Assembly (NCBI GenBank): GCA_022340705.1
Contig: JAJDNJ010000169.1
Location: forward strand, 1 to 47,560
DNA from: Betaproteobacteria bacterium
Lineage (GTDB): Bacteria; Pseudomonadota; Gammaproteobacteria; Burkholderiales; SG8-39
Direction of reading: 5' to 3'
DNA: 47,560 nucleotides
Both the position numbers and the translations under genes were made by a program. Shown here piece after piece: positions 1 to 8,405 of this stretch. Every line of letters begins with the position of its first letter. The stretch's first letter is position 1. Under the pieces are notes generated by a model, which saw nothing but the letters and a program-made list of their open reading frames with translations, made no database searches and was not told the DNA's origin.

Positions 1-375
1 AAGGGCCGGGAGCGGGTGGACCGGCAGCGCCAGCTGCTCGGCGTGGCTGCGCCACTCCGCCTCGGCAAACAGAAGCTTCGGCGTGCAGTCGGCGAGGATC
101 AGACGGTGCTCGGCAGCCGTCAGGCGCCAGTTGAGCGGCACGAGGATCGCGCCGAGGCGCGCCAGCGCGAGCAGCAGCACCAGGATTTCGGGGCAGTTGT
201 AGGCCAGGATCGCGACACGATCGCCGCGCGCGATACCGAGGGCGTGGAGCACAGCCGTCGCGCGGTCGATCCGGCGCCACAGCTCCGCGTAGCTCAGATC
301 CGCTCCCTCGAAGTGAATCGCGTTCCGGCCGGGTGTCTGATCGGCCCAATGCGCGACGATGCGCGACAGGTTCAT
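1..375 (-). CDS. AMP-binding acyl-CoA synthetase/ligase, 5' part (runs off the window edge)
   Basis: Not in the ORF track; translated by hand from ATG at 375: MNLSRIVAHWADQTPGRNAIHFEGADLSYAELWRRIDRATAVLHALGIARGDRVAILAYNCPE...GAILVPLNWRL. The 'SYAEL', 'GDRVAIL.YN' and 'GAILVPLN.RL' segments are typical of ANL-family N-termini. Abuts the stop of the upstream gene (376). Confidence 0.85.
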   Translation of the reverse strand, partial: MNLSRIVAHWADQTPGRNAIHFEGADLSYAELWRRIDRATAVLHALGIARGDRVAILAYNCPEILVLLLALARLGAILVPLNWRLTAAEHRLILADCTPKLLFAEAEWRSHAEQLALPVHPLPAL

Positions 376-1614
376 TCAGTCGTCTGCCTCGCCCGGCTCG
401 TACAGCGCCTCGCGGCCGATGCGGTCCAGGCACAGCTCGGCGGTCCAGGGCAGCATCAGTGCGCCGCAGCGCGAGTCGCGGTACAGGCGCTCGAGCGGGA
501 GGTTCTTCAGCATCGACTGGCCGCCGCAGGTCCGGATTGCAAGGCGGCAGAGATCGTTGGCGTTTTCCATCACCGTAAATTGCGTCGCGTAGGCCCGCAG
601 GCGCGCGTCCTTCGGCGGGTCGACGCGGGCATCGTCCAGCATGCGCAGGAACAGGGCCCGCGTCTGCTCGAGCTTGACGTGCATCTCGGCCACCGCGATC
701 TGCTTGGTCGGGTACATGCGCCGCTTCACGGCCGGCATGCCCGGGACTTCTCCGCGCAGGTACTGCACGGTGAATGCGTAGGCCGCGATTGCGATCCCCA
801 TGTAGGTCGGCGACAGCGTCGTGAACATGTGCGGCCAGCGCGACGCTGCCTGGTGATACACCCCGCGCGGCATCATGGTCGCGTCGTCGGCGACGAACAC
901 ATCCTTGAAGATCAGATTGCGCGATACCGTCCCGCGCATGCCGAGCGGATCCCAATCGCCGGTGATCTCGAGCCCGGGCGCGTTCGCGGGCACCGCCATG
1001 TATAGCGTGTCGCGCATGGTTCGGTCCGGGCGGTCCTCGGTGCACAGCACGCCGTAGTAGTCCGCCGCGCCCGCAAGCGAGGCAAAGATCTTCTTACCGT
1101 TGATCAGCCAGCCGCCCTCGACCTTGGCCGCCAGGGTGCCGAACGGCGCCTTGCCCGCCGCCGCCGCGCTGCCCTCGGAAAACGGCTGCGCGTAAACCGC
1201 GCCCTGGTTGACCACGCGCCCGAAATGCACGCGCCGGTGCGCCTCGTGCTCGGTCTTCTGCGCCGGCGTCATGTCGAGGTCCTCGGCGAGGATGCCTGGC
1301 CACAAGGTCGAGCAGGCGTGCATGTTGAAGGTCAGGGCGGTCGCGCCGCAGTACTTGCCGATCGTCGCCGATACGAGCGAGTAAGTCTTGAAGTCGGCGC
1401 CACGCCCGCCGAAGCGCTCGGGCACGCACAGCCCCAGCAGGCCGCTCGCGCGCAGGTCGTCGTAGTTTTCGAACGGAAAGCTCGCCTCGCGGTCGTAGCG
1501 CGCCGCGCGCTCCGCGAACTTTGGTCCCAGCGACTCGGCGATCGCGATCAGTTCGCGCTGCGGGTCGCTGAGGGGGTAGTTTTCGCCGCACACGGCGTAG
1601 CGGGAGTCTTGCAC
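376..1614 (-). CDS. Acyl-CoA dehydrogenase-fold flavoprotein (possibly a flavin monooxygenase-like subgroup)
   Basis: FPFENYDDLRASGLLGLCVPERFGG, WLINGKKIFAS, WDPLGMRGTVS, LERLYRDSR motifs. No canonical IYEGT catalytic-Glu motif. Confidence 0.85.
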   Translation of the reverse strand: MQDSRYAVCGENYPLSDPQRELIAIAESLGPKFAERAARYDREASFPFENYDDLRASGLLGLCVPERFGGRGADFKTYSLVSATIGKYCGATALTFNMHACSTLWPGILAEDLDMTPAQKTEHEAHRRVHFGRVVNQGAVYAQPFSEGSAAAAGKAPFGTLAAKVEGGWLINGKKIFASLAGAADYYGVLCTEDRPDRTMRDTLYMAVPANAPGLEITGDWDPLGMRGTVSRNLIFKDVFVADDATMMPRGVYHQAASRWPHMFTTLSPTYMGIAIAAYAFTVQYLRGEVPGMPAVKRRMYPTKQIAVAEMHVKLEQTRALFLRMLDDARVDPPKDARLRAYATQFTVMENANDLCRLAIRTCGGQSMLKNLPLERLYRDSRCGALMLPWTAELCLDRIGREALYEPGEADD

Positions 1615-1627
1615 GGTGCCCTCGGTC

Positions 1628-2371
1628 TCAGAGTGAATGGCGCTGCAGGAAGTCGAGCAGCACGGCGTTGAACGCCTCGGGCTGGTCCATCGGCCCGAGG
1701 TGCCCGCAAGCCTCCAGCACCACGAATTCCGCGCCCGGAATGCGCGCCGCCATGCGCTGCATGACGCTCGCCGGCGCGGTCTTGTCGTCGCTACCCGCGA
1801 TCAGCAGCGTCGGCACGCGGATCTCGGGAAGGAGGGCGCGTCGATCGAAAGTGGTGAGCAGGGCGACCGCCTGGCGGTAGGTCTGCGGCGGAACCGCGGC
1901 CATGAGGCGCTCGGCGCGCGCCAGGCCCTCGGGTTTCGAGCGCGTGCCGCGCATGGTCGGAATCAGTGCCGCGGCGATGTCAGCCATGTTGCGGCCGGCA
2001 TCGAGCGGGCCGATGCGCGCGGCGATGAATTTGCGCGCGAAGTCGCTGCCGCCACCCCCGAATGCCGCAGAGGTAAAGCACAGGACGAGCGCGCGCAGCG
2101 AGTCCGGGTGGCGCGCATAGAGTTCCTGCGCGATAAATCCACCCATGCTGTGGCCAACGACCACCGCCGGCTTGCCCACCTCGCGACGAATCGCCTGTTG
2201 CGCGGCTTCTGCAATCCGTTCGAGATCGTAAGGTGCCACCGCAGGGGTGGCGCCATAACCGGGCTGATCCCAGGCGAATGCGCGGTAGCCGCGCGCCGAG
2301 AAGAACGCGAGCTGGTCGTCCCAGGCACCGTGCCCGCCTCCGACGCCGTGCAGGAAGGCGAGCGGCGTCAC
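1628..2371 (-). CDS. Alpha/beta fold hydrolase
   Basis: FLHGVGG, WDQPGYG, nucleophile elbow GHSMGG, 'GSDDKT' acid and 'CGHL' His. GTGA overlap with the upstream gene. Confidence 0.9.
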   Translation of the reverse strand: MTPLAFLHGVGGGHGAWDDQLAFFSARGYRAFAWDQPGYGATPAVAPYDLERIAEAAQQAIRREVGKPAVVVGHSMGGFIAQELYARHPDSLRALVLCFTSAAFGGGGSDFARKFIAARIGPLDAGRNMADIAAALIPTMRGTRSKPEGLARAERLMAAVPPQTYRQAVALLTTFDRRALLPEIRVPTLLIAGSDDKTAPASVMQRMAARIPGAEFVVLEACGHLGPMDQPEAFNAVLLDFLQRHSL

Positions 2372-3417
2372 GCGAGCGCTTCGCTCAGCAGCCGACCGTC
2401 CTCGACGATGGTGCGATCGTCGAGCCTGAGCGTGCAGTGGCGGAAGGGCAGGTCGAAGTGCCCGAGCGTGTAGCGCCCCGCCACCTCGTTTGCGCCCGTC
2501 GAGTAGAGGAAATTCCCCGCGAAGGCGCGCTGCTCGGTGCCGTTGACGTCGCCTCGGTCGTACATCACCAGCGCATCCCAGCGCGCGCGCGGATTCATGC
2601 CCCAGCCCACATGCGACACCGCATAGGCCTCGCGGTCGCCCCAGGCGGCAAAGTATTCGCGCATCAGCTCGGCGTCGAGGGAGCTTCCATCGATCCGGGT
2701 CACGTAGTCCGCTTCCACGCTAAGGCGCACCGGCGATTCGACGTAGCGCTTGAAGGTCAGATTCAAGTCTCCAGGCGCGAGGACGAGCGTTCCGTTGACG
2801 CTGCCGGCCTGGGGAAAGCACAGGCACAAGCCACCCGGCCAATGCGACAGCGTCCCCGGTTTTTCCGTGTAGCCCCAGACGCCGCCCACGCGGGCGCCCT
2901 CGACGCGAATATCGAGGTCCGTGCCCGCCGGCGATGTGACGGTCATGCGCTGTGCGCCACGCAGCACGCGCATCGCCGCCCTCACCTGCTGCTCATCGGC
3001 GGAGGAGGGGGCGAGGCGCTCCAGCGCCTCGGGATGCTCGTTCGAGATGTACAGAACTCTCGCGCCGCCCTTCAGGATCCGGGGCAGCTCCTGGGCGTGC
3101 ATCAGTCCCTCGACCGTGCAATCGGCGACGAAGGTGCTCGCCGCGAGCGCCTGCAAGGCGGGATCCATGCCGGTGAGCGCGACCGACGCGCCCGTCGAGC
3201 GGATCGGCACCGGCGCGCTCTGGCGCGGGGTCGGAACGATGACGTGGAAGGGCTTCGCCCCGAGGCGGGCGAGCGCAAGTTCGGCAAGCTGGACGTTGAG
3301 CGCGCGCGACTGCGACTCGGACAGCACCGCGCAAACATCGCCCTCAGCGACTTTGCAGCGCGCGAACACCTCGGCAAACAGGTCGATCCACTTCGCTTCG
3401 ATCCGGTCGTTGGTCAT
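2368..3417 (-). CDS. NicX-like (2,5-dihydroxypyridine 5,6-dioxygenase / peptidase M29-fold) protein
   Basis: MTVTSPAGTDL, SHWPGG, SHVGWGMNPRARWD, RAFAGNFLYSTGANE, GHFDLP motifs resemble NicX. Start placed at ATG 3417 (MTNDRIE). Confidence 0.75.
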   Translation of the reverse strand: MTNDRIEAKWIDLFAEVFARCKVAEGDVCAVLSESQSRALNVQLAELALARLGAKPFHVIVPTPRQSAPVPIRSTGASVALTGMDPALQALAASTFVADCTVEGLMHAQELPRILKGGARVLYISNEHPEALERLAPSSADEQQVRAAMRVLRGAQRMTVTSPAGTDLDIRVEGARVGGVWGYTEKPGTLSHWPGGLCLCFPQAGSVNGTLVLAPGDLNLTFKRYVESPVRLSVEADYVTRIDGSSLDAELMREYFAAWGDREAYAVSHVGWGMNPRARWDALVMYDRGDVNGTEQRAFAGNFLYSTGANEVAGRYTLGHFDLPFRHCTLRLDDRTIVEDGRLLSEALA

Positions 3418-3496
3418 GGCCCTCACTCGCAGGGCGTATTCATACCGCAAAAGGTGCGCGGCCGCGTCGAAACCGCGGTCCGCAGGATCGATCGCG

Positions 3497-3502
3497 TAAA
3501 AT
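3497..3502 (+). promoter_or_regulatory. Putative -10 element (TAAAAT) for the DUF1178 gene
   Basis: TAAAAT 9 nt upstream of ATG 3512, in a GC-rich divergent intergenic region. Confidence 0.4.
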
Positions 3503-3511
3503 GGCACCGAA

Positions 3512-3970
3512 ATGATCGTCTACGATCTTCAGTGCGAAAGCGGGCACCGCTTCGAAGGCTGGTTCGGCTCGGCCGATGACTTCGCGACCCAGCGTGATCG
3601 CGGGCTGCTCGAATGTCCCAGCTGCGGGGCCAAGCACGTGGTCCGCGTGCCCTCGGCGGCCAGGATCAACATGGGGGCGATGATGCCGGTGCCGGCGGAA
3701 AAGGCACCCGCGCTGCCCGCACAGAGCGCCGAGGGACGCGATCCGATCGCGATTGCCCAGATGCTCTATTCCCACATGATCGACACGCTGCTCAGCAAGA
3801 GCGAGGACGTCGGCAAGGAGTTTGCGACGGAGGCGCGCCGGATCCACAACGACGAGGCCCCCAAACGCGCCATCCGAGGCCAGGCGACTCAGGAAGAGCA
3901 TGACGCGCTGCTCGAGGAAGGGGTCCCGGTCATGCGCCTGCCGATTCCGCCCGACGGGCACTGGAATTGA
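3512..3970 (+). CDS. DUF1178 family protein (Zn-ribbon)
   Basis: MIVYDLQCESGHRFEGWF...CPSCG and 'DVGKEFATEARRIH...IRGQAT..E..ALLEEGV' are hallmark segments. Confidence 0.9.
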   Translation: MIVYDLQCESGHRFEGWFGSADDFATQRDRGLLECPSCGAKHVVRVPSAARINMGAMMPVPAEKAPALPAQSAEGRDPIAIAQMLYSHMIDTLLSKSEDVGKEFATEARRIHNDEAPKRAIRGQATQEEHDALLEEGVPVMRLPIPPDGHWN

Positions 3971-3977
3971 CTAAGAT

Positions 3978-4005
3978 AAGTTCCACAATGTGTATTATGT
4001 TAAAT
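3978..4005 (+). other. dif: dif-like XerC/XerD chromosome dimer resolution site
   Basis: AAGTTCCACAA-TGTGTA-TTATGTTAAAT. The 11-bp XerD arm is identical to E. coli dif (TTATGTTAAAT), the 6-bp spacer differs from TGTATA by one base, and the XerC arm is divergent. Intergenic between convergent genes. Confidence 0.85.
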
Positions 4006-4043
4006 ATCTACCAAGCTGTCTAAAACTCCGCGGGGAAACAGCC

Positions 4044-4697
4044 TTACTTGACCGCCCCTGCCTGGCGCAGCAATTCCTCCACCTCCTTGCGGTCGCGCTT
4101 GCGCGCCACACTGAGCGCAGTCTCCCCGGTCACAGACCGAAAATTGACGTCCGGATCCGCGTAAAGCAGCGCTTTCGTGGCGTCGACCTTGCCGTTTCGC
4201 GCCGCCAGCATCAGTGCCGAGTAGCCGTTTGGCGCAACCGCATCCTTCTTCGCGCCGCGCTCCAGCAGCAACCTGACCGCCTCGGCATTTCCCGCATAAG
4301 CGGCGTAATGCAGCGGCGTCCATCCTTTAGCCGGATTGAGGTCACCGCCCGCATCCAGCAGGCTGCTGATCACTTTGCTATTTCCGTTGAGGGCGGCCAT
4401 CAACAACGCCGTGTCGCCCGCCGGGCTGCGCTGGCCGACATTCGCGCGGCGCTGGATCAGCAGTGCCACGATCCGCTCGTCACCTTTACGCGCCGCGATC
4501 ATCAGCACCGACATGCCCTTGGGATCGGTCGTATTTGGATCAATTCCCCGATCCAGGAGCAGCTTGGCCTCGCTGTATTCACCGTCCTCGACCGCCCGGA
4601 TCATCTTCTCGTACGACGAGAGCGCGATGGCTTCGTGAACAACGAATAACGACGCTATTACAAATAGATATGGTTTGTACTTAATGTTACGCATCAC
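4044..4697 (-). CDS. Ankyrin repeat protein with N-terminal signal/TM segment
   Basis: Repeats GMSVLMIAA, GDTALLMAA, GWTPLHYAA, GYSALMLAA, GETALSVA. N-terminus is basic then hydrophobic, ending A-I-A. Confidence 0.9.
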   Translation of the reverse strand: MMRNIKYKPYLFVIASLFVVHEAIALSSYEKMIRAVEDGEYSEAKLLLDRGIDPNTTDPKGMSVLMIAARKGDERIVALLIQRRANVGQRSPAGDTALLMAALNGNSKVISSLLDAGGDLNPAKGWTPLHYAAYAGNAEAVRLLLERGAKKDAVAPNGYSALMLAARNGKVDATKALLYADPDVNFRSVTGETALSVARKRDRKEVEELLRQAGAVK

Positions 4698-4767
4698 TTA
4701 CTGTTATCTATAATTTTCAATGTGCTACATGGTTTTCAATGAAGATAGATACGATAACTTCAGCATC

Positions 4768-5781
4768 TTATTGATTATCATAAATCTCTATAAGTTTATA
4801 CTTCATTTCGGCGGCGAAAAGTCTGGCATTCACGGGATGTCTCGAAAGTGCCCGGGCGCGCCCCATCTCGCGCGCAAACGACGCCCAGCGCAATGCGCCC
4901 GCCTGCTGCCCGGTTGACCGCTGCGCGCCCTCGGTCCCGTAGATCGTCCTTCCCGCGAGTGCAACCGTGAGGCGGTCGATTGCATGCTTTTGAAGGGCCT
5001 CAGCCATTGCTTCGAGTCCCTCCCGGTCGGACGCTTCCGGCAGGTCGCCGGGCTCGCCCTGAGTAAGGGCGGACAAGTAAGGCACCAACGCAGCCCCCCT
5101 CTCCCCCCTCGCATATTGCGCAGCGATCCGTGGCGCGCCGCCGGCGAATTTGAGCCAACGTGCCGCCTCGGCCGCAGGCACCACAGTCTTGAGCCATTTG
5201 AGGGCTTCCGCGGCATCCGGCCGCGGGACTGACAGCGAAACGCAACGGCTGCGGATCGTTGGCAGCAGCCTCGCCGGGTGGTGCGAAACCAGGAGGAAAA
5301 ATGCGCCCGCGGGCGGTTCTTCCAGGCCCTTGAGCAGCGCGTTCGCCGCATGGACGTTCATGGTTTCAGCGGGGTGCACGATCGCGACCCGGCGCCGGCC
5401 GCGATGCGACCCCAGGTAAAGGAAATCGGCCAGCTCACGGACCTGATCTACCCTGATCTCCATGCTCGGTTTTGCACGGCGCGAGGCGCGCCCTCCTGCA
5501 TCGGCTTCGGTTTCCTCACCGGACGCTCCCGCCTGCGACAGGGCATCTGGCTCAATCCGCCGGAGGTCCGGATGACTGCCAGCGGCCACCCAGCGACAGC
5601 CCGCGCAGCGTCCGCAGGCTTCCGAGTCCTGCGTCGGCGATTCGCACAGAAGTCGGGCCGCAAGGCCCTCGGCAAGCGCCAGCTTGCCGACCCCTTCAGG
5701 CCCCTGGATCAGAACCGCATGCGGCAACCGCGGGACCTGATTTCGAACTGATTCCCAGATTTCTTTGTTAAATGAAATCAT
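4768..5781 (-). CDS. holB: DNA polymerase III subunit delta'
   Basis: LPHAVLIQGPEGVGK, Zn motif C..CGRCAGC, HPDL, AANALLKGLEEPP, LLPTIRSRC; follows tmk. Confidence 0.95.
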   Translation of the reverse strand: MISFNKEIWESVRNQVPRLPHAVLIQGPEGVGKLALAEGLAARLLCESPTQDSEACGRCAGCRWVAAGSHPDLRRIEPDALSQAGASGEETEADAGGRASRRAKPSMEIRVDQVRELADFLYLGSHRGRRRVAIVHPAETMNVHAANALLKGLEEPPAGAFFLLVSHHPARLLPTIRSRCVSLSVPRPDAAEALKWLKTVVPAAEAARWLKFAGGAPRIAAQYARGERGAALVPYLSALTQGEPGDLPEASDREGLEAMAEALQKHAIDRLTVALAGRTIYGTEGAQRSTGQQAGALRWASFAREMGRARALSRHPVNARLFAAEMKYKLIEIYDNQ

Positions 5782-5787
5782 TATTAA

Positions 5788-6402
5788 TCAAAACATAGAG
5801 ACATTTTCTTCTATTGATTTCTTAACTTCATCAAGGGTCTTCGAGGCATCGATCACCCGGATCCTCGCGGACGCCGCTGCCGCCGCATCCAGGTACGCGC
5901 TGCGCACCCTTTCAAAGAACGCGCGTCCCTCGCGCTCGAAGCGGTCCATGGTTTTTCCCGTGCTTGCCAGCCGCGCGCTCGCAACCTCGAAGGGGCAGTC
6001 GAACAGAAGCGTGAGGTCCGGCCAGAGGTCCCCGTGGGTCGCATTCGCCAGGTCCCGGATAAGCGCCGCCGGAACGCCTTTGCCGCCCCCCTGGTATGCC
6101 ATGGTCGCATCGGTAAAGCGATCGCACACGACCCAGGTTCCGGCCTCCAGCGCAGGCCGGATCATCTGGCGTACATGGTCGGCCCGCGCGGCAAACATGA
6201 GCAGGGCCTCGCAAACGCCGTCCATCGGGCTTTCCAGCACGACCTGACGCAGCGCTTCGGCGAGTGGCGTCCCGCCGGGCTCGCGTGTTCTCAGCACCCG
6301 ATGGCCCGCGCGCTGCAGCAATGCTTCTACGTAGCCGCTATGGGTGGACTTGCCCGAGCCGTCGACGCCCTCGAGCGTGACGAACTTTCCCCGTCCGCTC
6401 AT
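5788..6402 (-). CDS. tmk: Thymidylate kinase
   Basis: FVTLEGVDGSGKST, TREPGGT, VVCDRFTDATMAYQG. Confidence 0.97.
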   Translation of the reverse strand: MSGRGKFVTLEGVDGSGKSTHSGYVEALLQRAGHRVLRTREPGGTPLAEALRQVVLESPMDGVCEALLMFAARADHVRQMIRPALEAGTWVVCDRFTDATMAYQGGGKGVPAALIRDLANATHGDLWPDLTLLFDCPFEVASARLASTGKTMDRFEREGRAFFERVRSAYLDAAAAASARIRVIDASKTLDEVKKSIEENVSMF

Positions 6403-7415
6403 GGCGTGGCTTTTCGTCCTGGGGGCTGGCGCTGGAACCGGTTCACCGCCCGATTGTGCTCCTCCAAGGTGCGGGAAAACTTGCTGCTCCCGTCACCGCG
6501 CGCCACGTAGTAAAGCGCGTCTGTCTGCGCGGGCCGAAGCGCGGCGCGCAATGAGGCCAGCCCTGGCAGGGCGATTGGCGTCGGCGGAAGACCGGCTCGC
6601 GTGTAGGTGTTATACGGCCCATCGGTCTGCAAATGGATCTTCTTCAGGTTTCCGTTGAAGGCTTCGCCGAGGCCGTAGATCACGGTCGGATCGGCCTGCA
6701 GACGCATTCCGATTCGCAGCCGGTTGACGAGTGCGCCTGCGATCATGTCACGCTCTGCGCTTTTTCCGGTCTCCTTCTCGACGATCGAGGCCATGATCAC
6801 GGCTTCGTAGGGGCTCTGATACGGCACGCGCGGATCGCGCGCCGCCCACTCCGCCGCAAGATGACGCTTCATCGCCCGATAGGCGCGCTTGAGGACCGCG
6901 ATGTCGCTCGAGCCCTTGGCGAACAGATAGGTGTCGGGAAACAGCAGCCCCTCGAGGCGCGCTTCGTCGGCACCAATCGCCGCGCGCAGCGCCTCGTCGT
7001 CCATGCCCACCGAGTCGTGACGCAGATCGGCGCTGGCGTCGAGCGCCTGACGCAGCTGGCGCAGGGTCCAGCCTTCGACGACGCGCAGCTCGGCCTGGCG
7101 CACGTCGCCGCGGGTGAGCTTGTCGAGTAGCTCGAGCGGCGTGAGTGCGCGCGTGAATTCGTAGCTGCCGGCCTTGATCGCGTGCGCACGGCCTAGGGCA
7201 CGCGCGAGACCTTCGAACTGCAGACCGCCCGTATCAATGCCGGCGCGCTCGAGAATCGCTACCGCGTCCCGGAAGTGCGTGCCTTTCGGAATCTCCACTT
7301 CGACCGGCAGCGTTCGGGTCGGCAGCGGCGTCGATGCGTACCAAGCCACGTATAGCCATAGCGCGGCGACCGCCAAGACCATGACGACGACGCTGCGAAG
7401 GAGGAAGGAAAACAA
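6399..7415 (-). CDS. mltG: Endolytic transglycosylase MltG (YceG)
   Basis: N-terminal TM, LEGLLFPDTY, ASIVEKET, LQADPTVIY, YNTY..AGLPPTPI; mltG-tmk-holB synteny. TTG start is uncertain. Confidence 0.95.
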   Translation of the reverse strand: MFSFLLRSVVVMVLAVAALWLYVAWYASTPLPTRTLPVEVEIPKGTHFRDAVAILERAGIDTGGLQFEGLARALGRAHAIKAGSYEFTRALTPLELLDKLTRGDVRQAELRVVEGWTLRQLRQALDASADLRHDSVGMDDEALRAAIGADEARLEGLLFPDTYLFAKGSSDIAVLKRAYRAMKRHLAAEWAARDPRVPYQSPYEAVIMASIVEKETGKSAERDMIAGALVNRLRIGMRLQADPTVIYGLGEAFNGNLKKIHLQTDGPYNTYTRAGLPPTPIALPGLASLRAALRPAQTDALYYVARGDGSSKFSRTLEEHNRAVNRFQRQPPGRKATP

Positions 7416-7446
7416 AGCGCGGGCGCGTTCGACGCGGGAAGGACGC

Positions 7447-7461
7447 TAGAATTTGATTCTA
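7447..7461. promoter_or_regulatory. Inverted pair of TAGAAT -10 elements (bidirectional promoter for mltG/ygfZ)
   Basis: TAGAAT-TTG-ATTCTA in the 48-bp divergent gap. Confidence 0.5.
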
Positions 7462-7463
7462 CG

Positions 7464-8405
7464 ATGAATGCGTACACCGACCGCATGCCAGAGGTCGTCA
7501 TTTCCCAATTGACGCAAGATGGCGTGATTCGCGTCTCCGGCGCCGACGCGCGTGCGTTTTTGCACGGCCAGCTCACCAACGACATCGAGCACCTTGCCCC
7601 GGACTATGTCCGACGCGCCGGCTGGTGCACGGCGAAAGGTCGCCTGCTCGCGACAATGTTGGTTCTGAGGGACAGCGACGATTTTCTGTTGCTGCTTGCG
7701 AGCGACATCGTGTCTGCAGTGATCAAGCGGCTGCGGATGTTCGTCCTGCGATCGAAAGTAACGATTGACGATGAAAGCGCGCGCTGGGCACATTACGGGC
7801 TGATCGGTCGCGGTGCAGACCAGGTGCTTGCAGCAAACAATACTGCGGTTCCCGGGATGGGCGTCCATTCGCTGATACGTGCGGACGATGCCTGGGTGAT
7901 GCGCCTCGAGGGCGGGCGTCTGCGCCTGCTGCTCGACAGGGATTCGAATGCGCTGCGCGTAGATCGCCTCGCGCTGCCGTTGGTCGACGCCTCGCGCTGG
8001 ACGTTGGAAGACATCCGCGCGGGCGTGCCGCAGGTGGTCGCTGCGACGCAGGATTTGTTCGTGCCGCAAATGGTGAACTTCGAGATCATCGCCGGCCTCG
8101 ACTTCAAGAAAGGCTGCTATCCCGGTCAGGAAGTCGTCGCGCGCGCCCAGTACCGGGGTCAGGTCAAGCGCCACCTGTGTCGCGCGCGCATTGCAGGCGA
8201 CAGCGCACTCGCCGCGGGTCAGGCGCTGGTCTGCGACGATCAGCCCGGCGAGGCCTGCGGAACGATCGTCGCCACGGCGCCGGCCGACGGGGGCAGCGAG
8301 CTGCTTGCCGTGGTACCGGATGCGGTGCGCGAAGCGCAGGTCACGGTACGCGCGACGCCTGACGGTGCGCCGCTCGAATGGCTTCCCCTGCCCGACGCAG
8401 CGTGA
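7464..8405 (+). CDS. ygfZ: Folate-binding Fe-S/tRNA-modification protein YgfZ
   Basis: GADARAFLHGQLTND, signature FKKGCYPGQEVVAR. Confidence 0.95.
   Translation: MNAYTDRMPEVVISQLTQDGVIRVSGADARAFLHGQLTNDIEHLAPDYVRRAGWCTAKGRLLATMLVLRDSDDFLLLLASDIVSAVIKRLRMFVLRSKVTIDDESARWAHYGLIGRGADQVLAANNTAVPGMGVHSLIRADDAWVMRLEGGRLRLLLDRDSNALRVDRLALPLVDASRWTLEDIRAGVPQVVAATQDLFVPQMVNFEIIAGLDFKKGCYPGQEVVARAQYRGQVKRHLCRARIAGDSALAAGQALVCDDQPGEACGTIVATAPADGGSELLAVVPDAVREAQVTVRATPDGAPLEWLPLPDAA

Noticed and set aside
3418-3507. 30-codon N-terminal extension of the NicX-like ORF
   Set aside because: The GTG is 4 nt from the divergent DUF1178 start, leaving no promoter space; ATG 3417 fits better.
3990-4649. 219-aa plus-strand ORF starting in the dif site
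   Set aside because: Antisense shadow of the ankyrin gene; no motif.
4685-4697. matS-like sequence (GTTACGCATCAC)
   Set aside because: Wrong length and several mismatches to GTGACRNYGTCAC.
5746-5773. Second dif-like half site (CTTTGTTAAAT)
   Set aside because: 9/11 match to the XerD arm, but no XerC-like arm, and it lies inside holB in AT-rich DNA.
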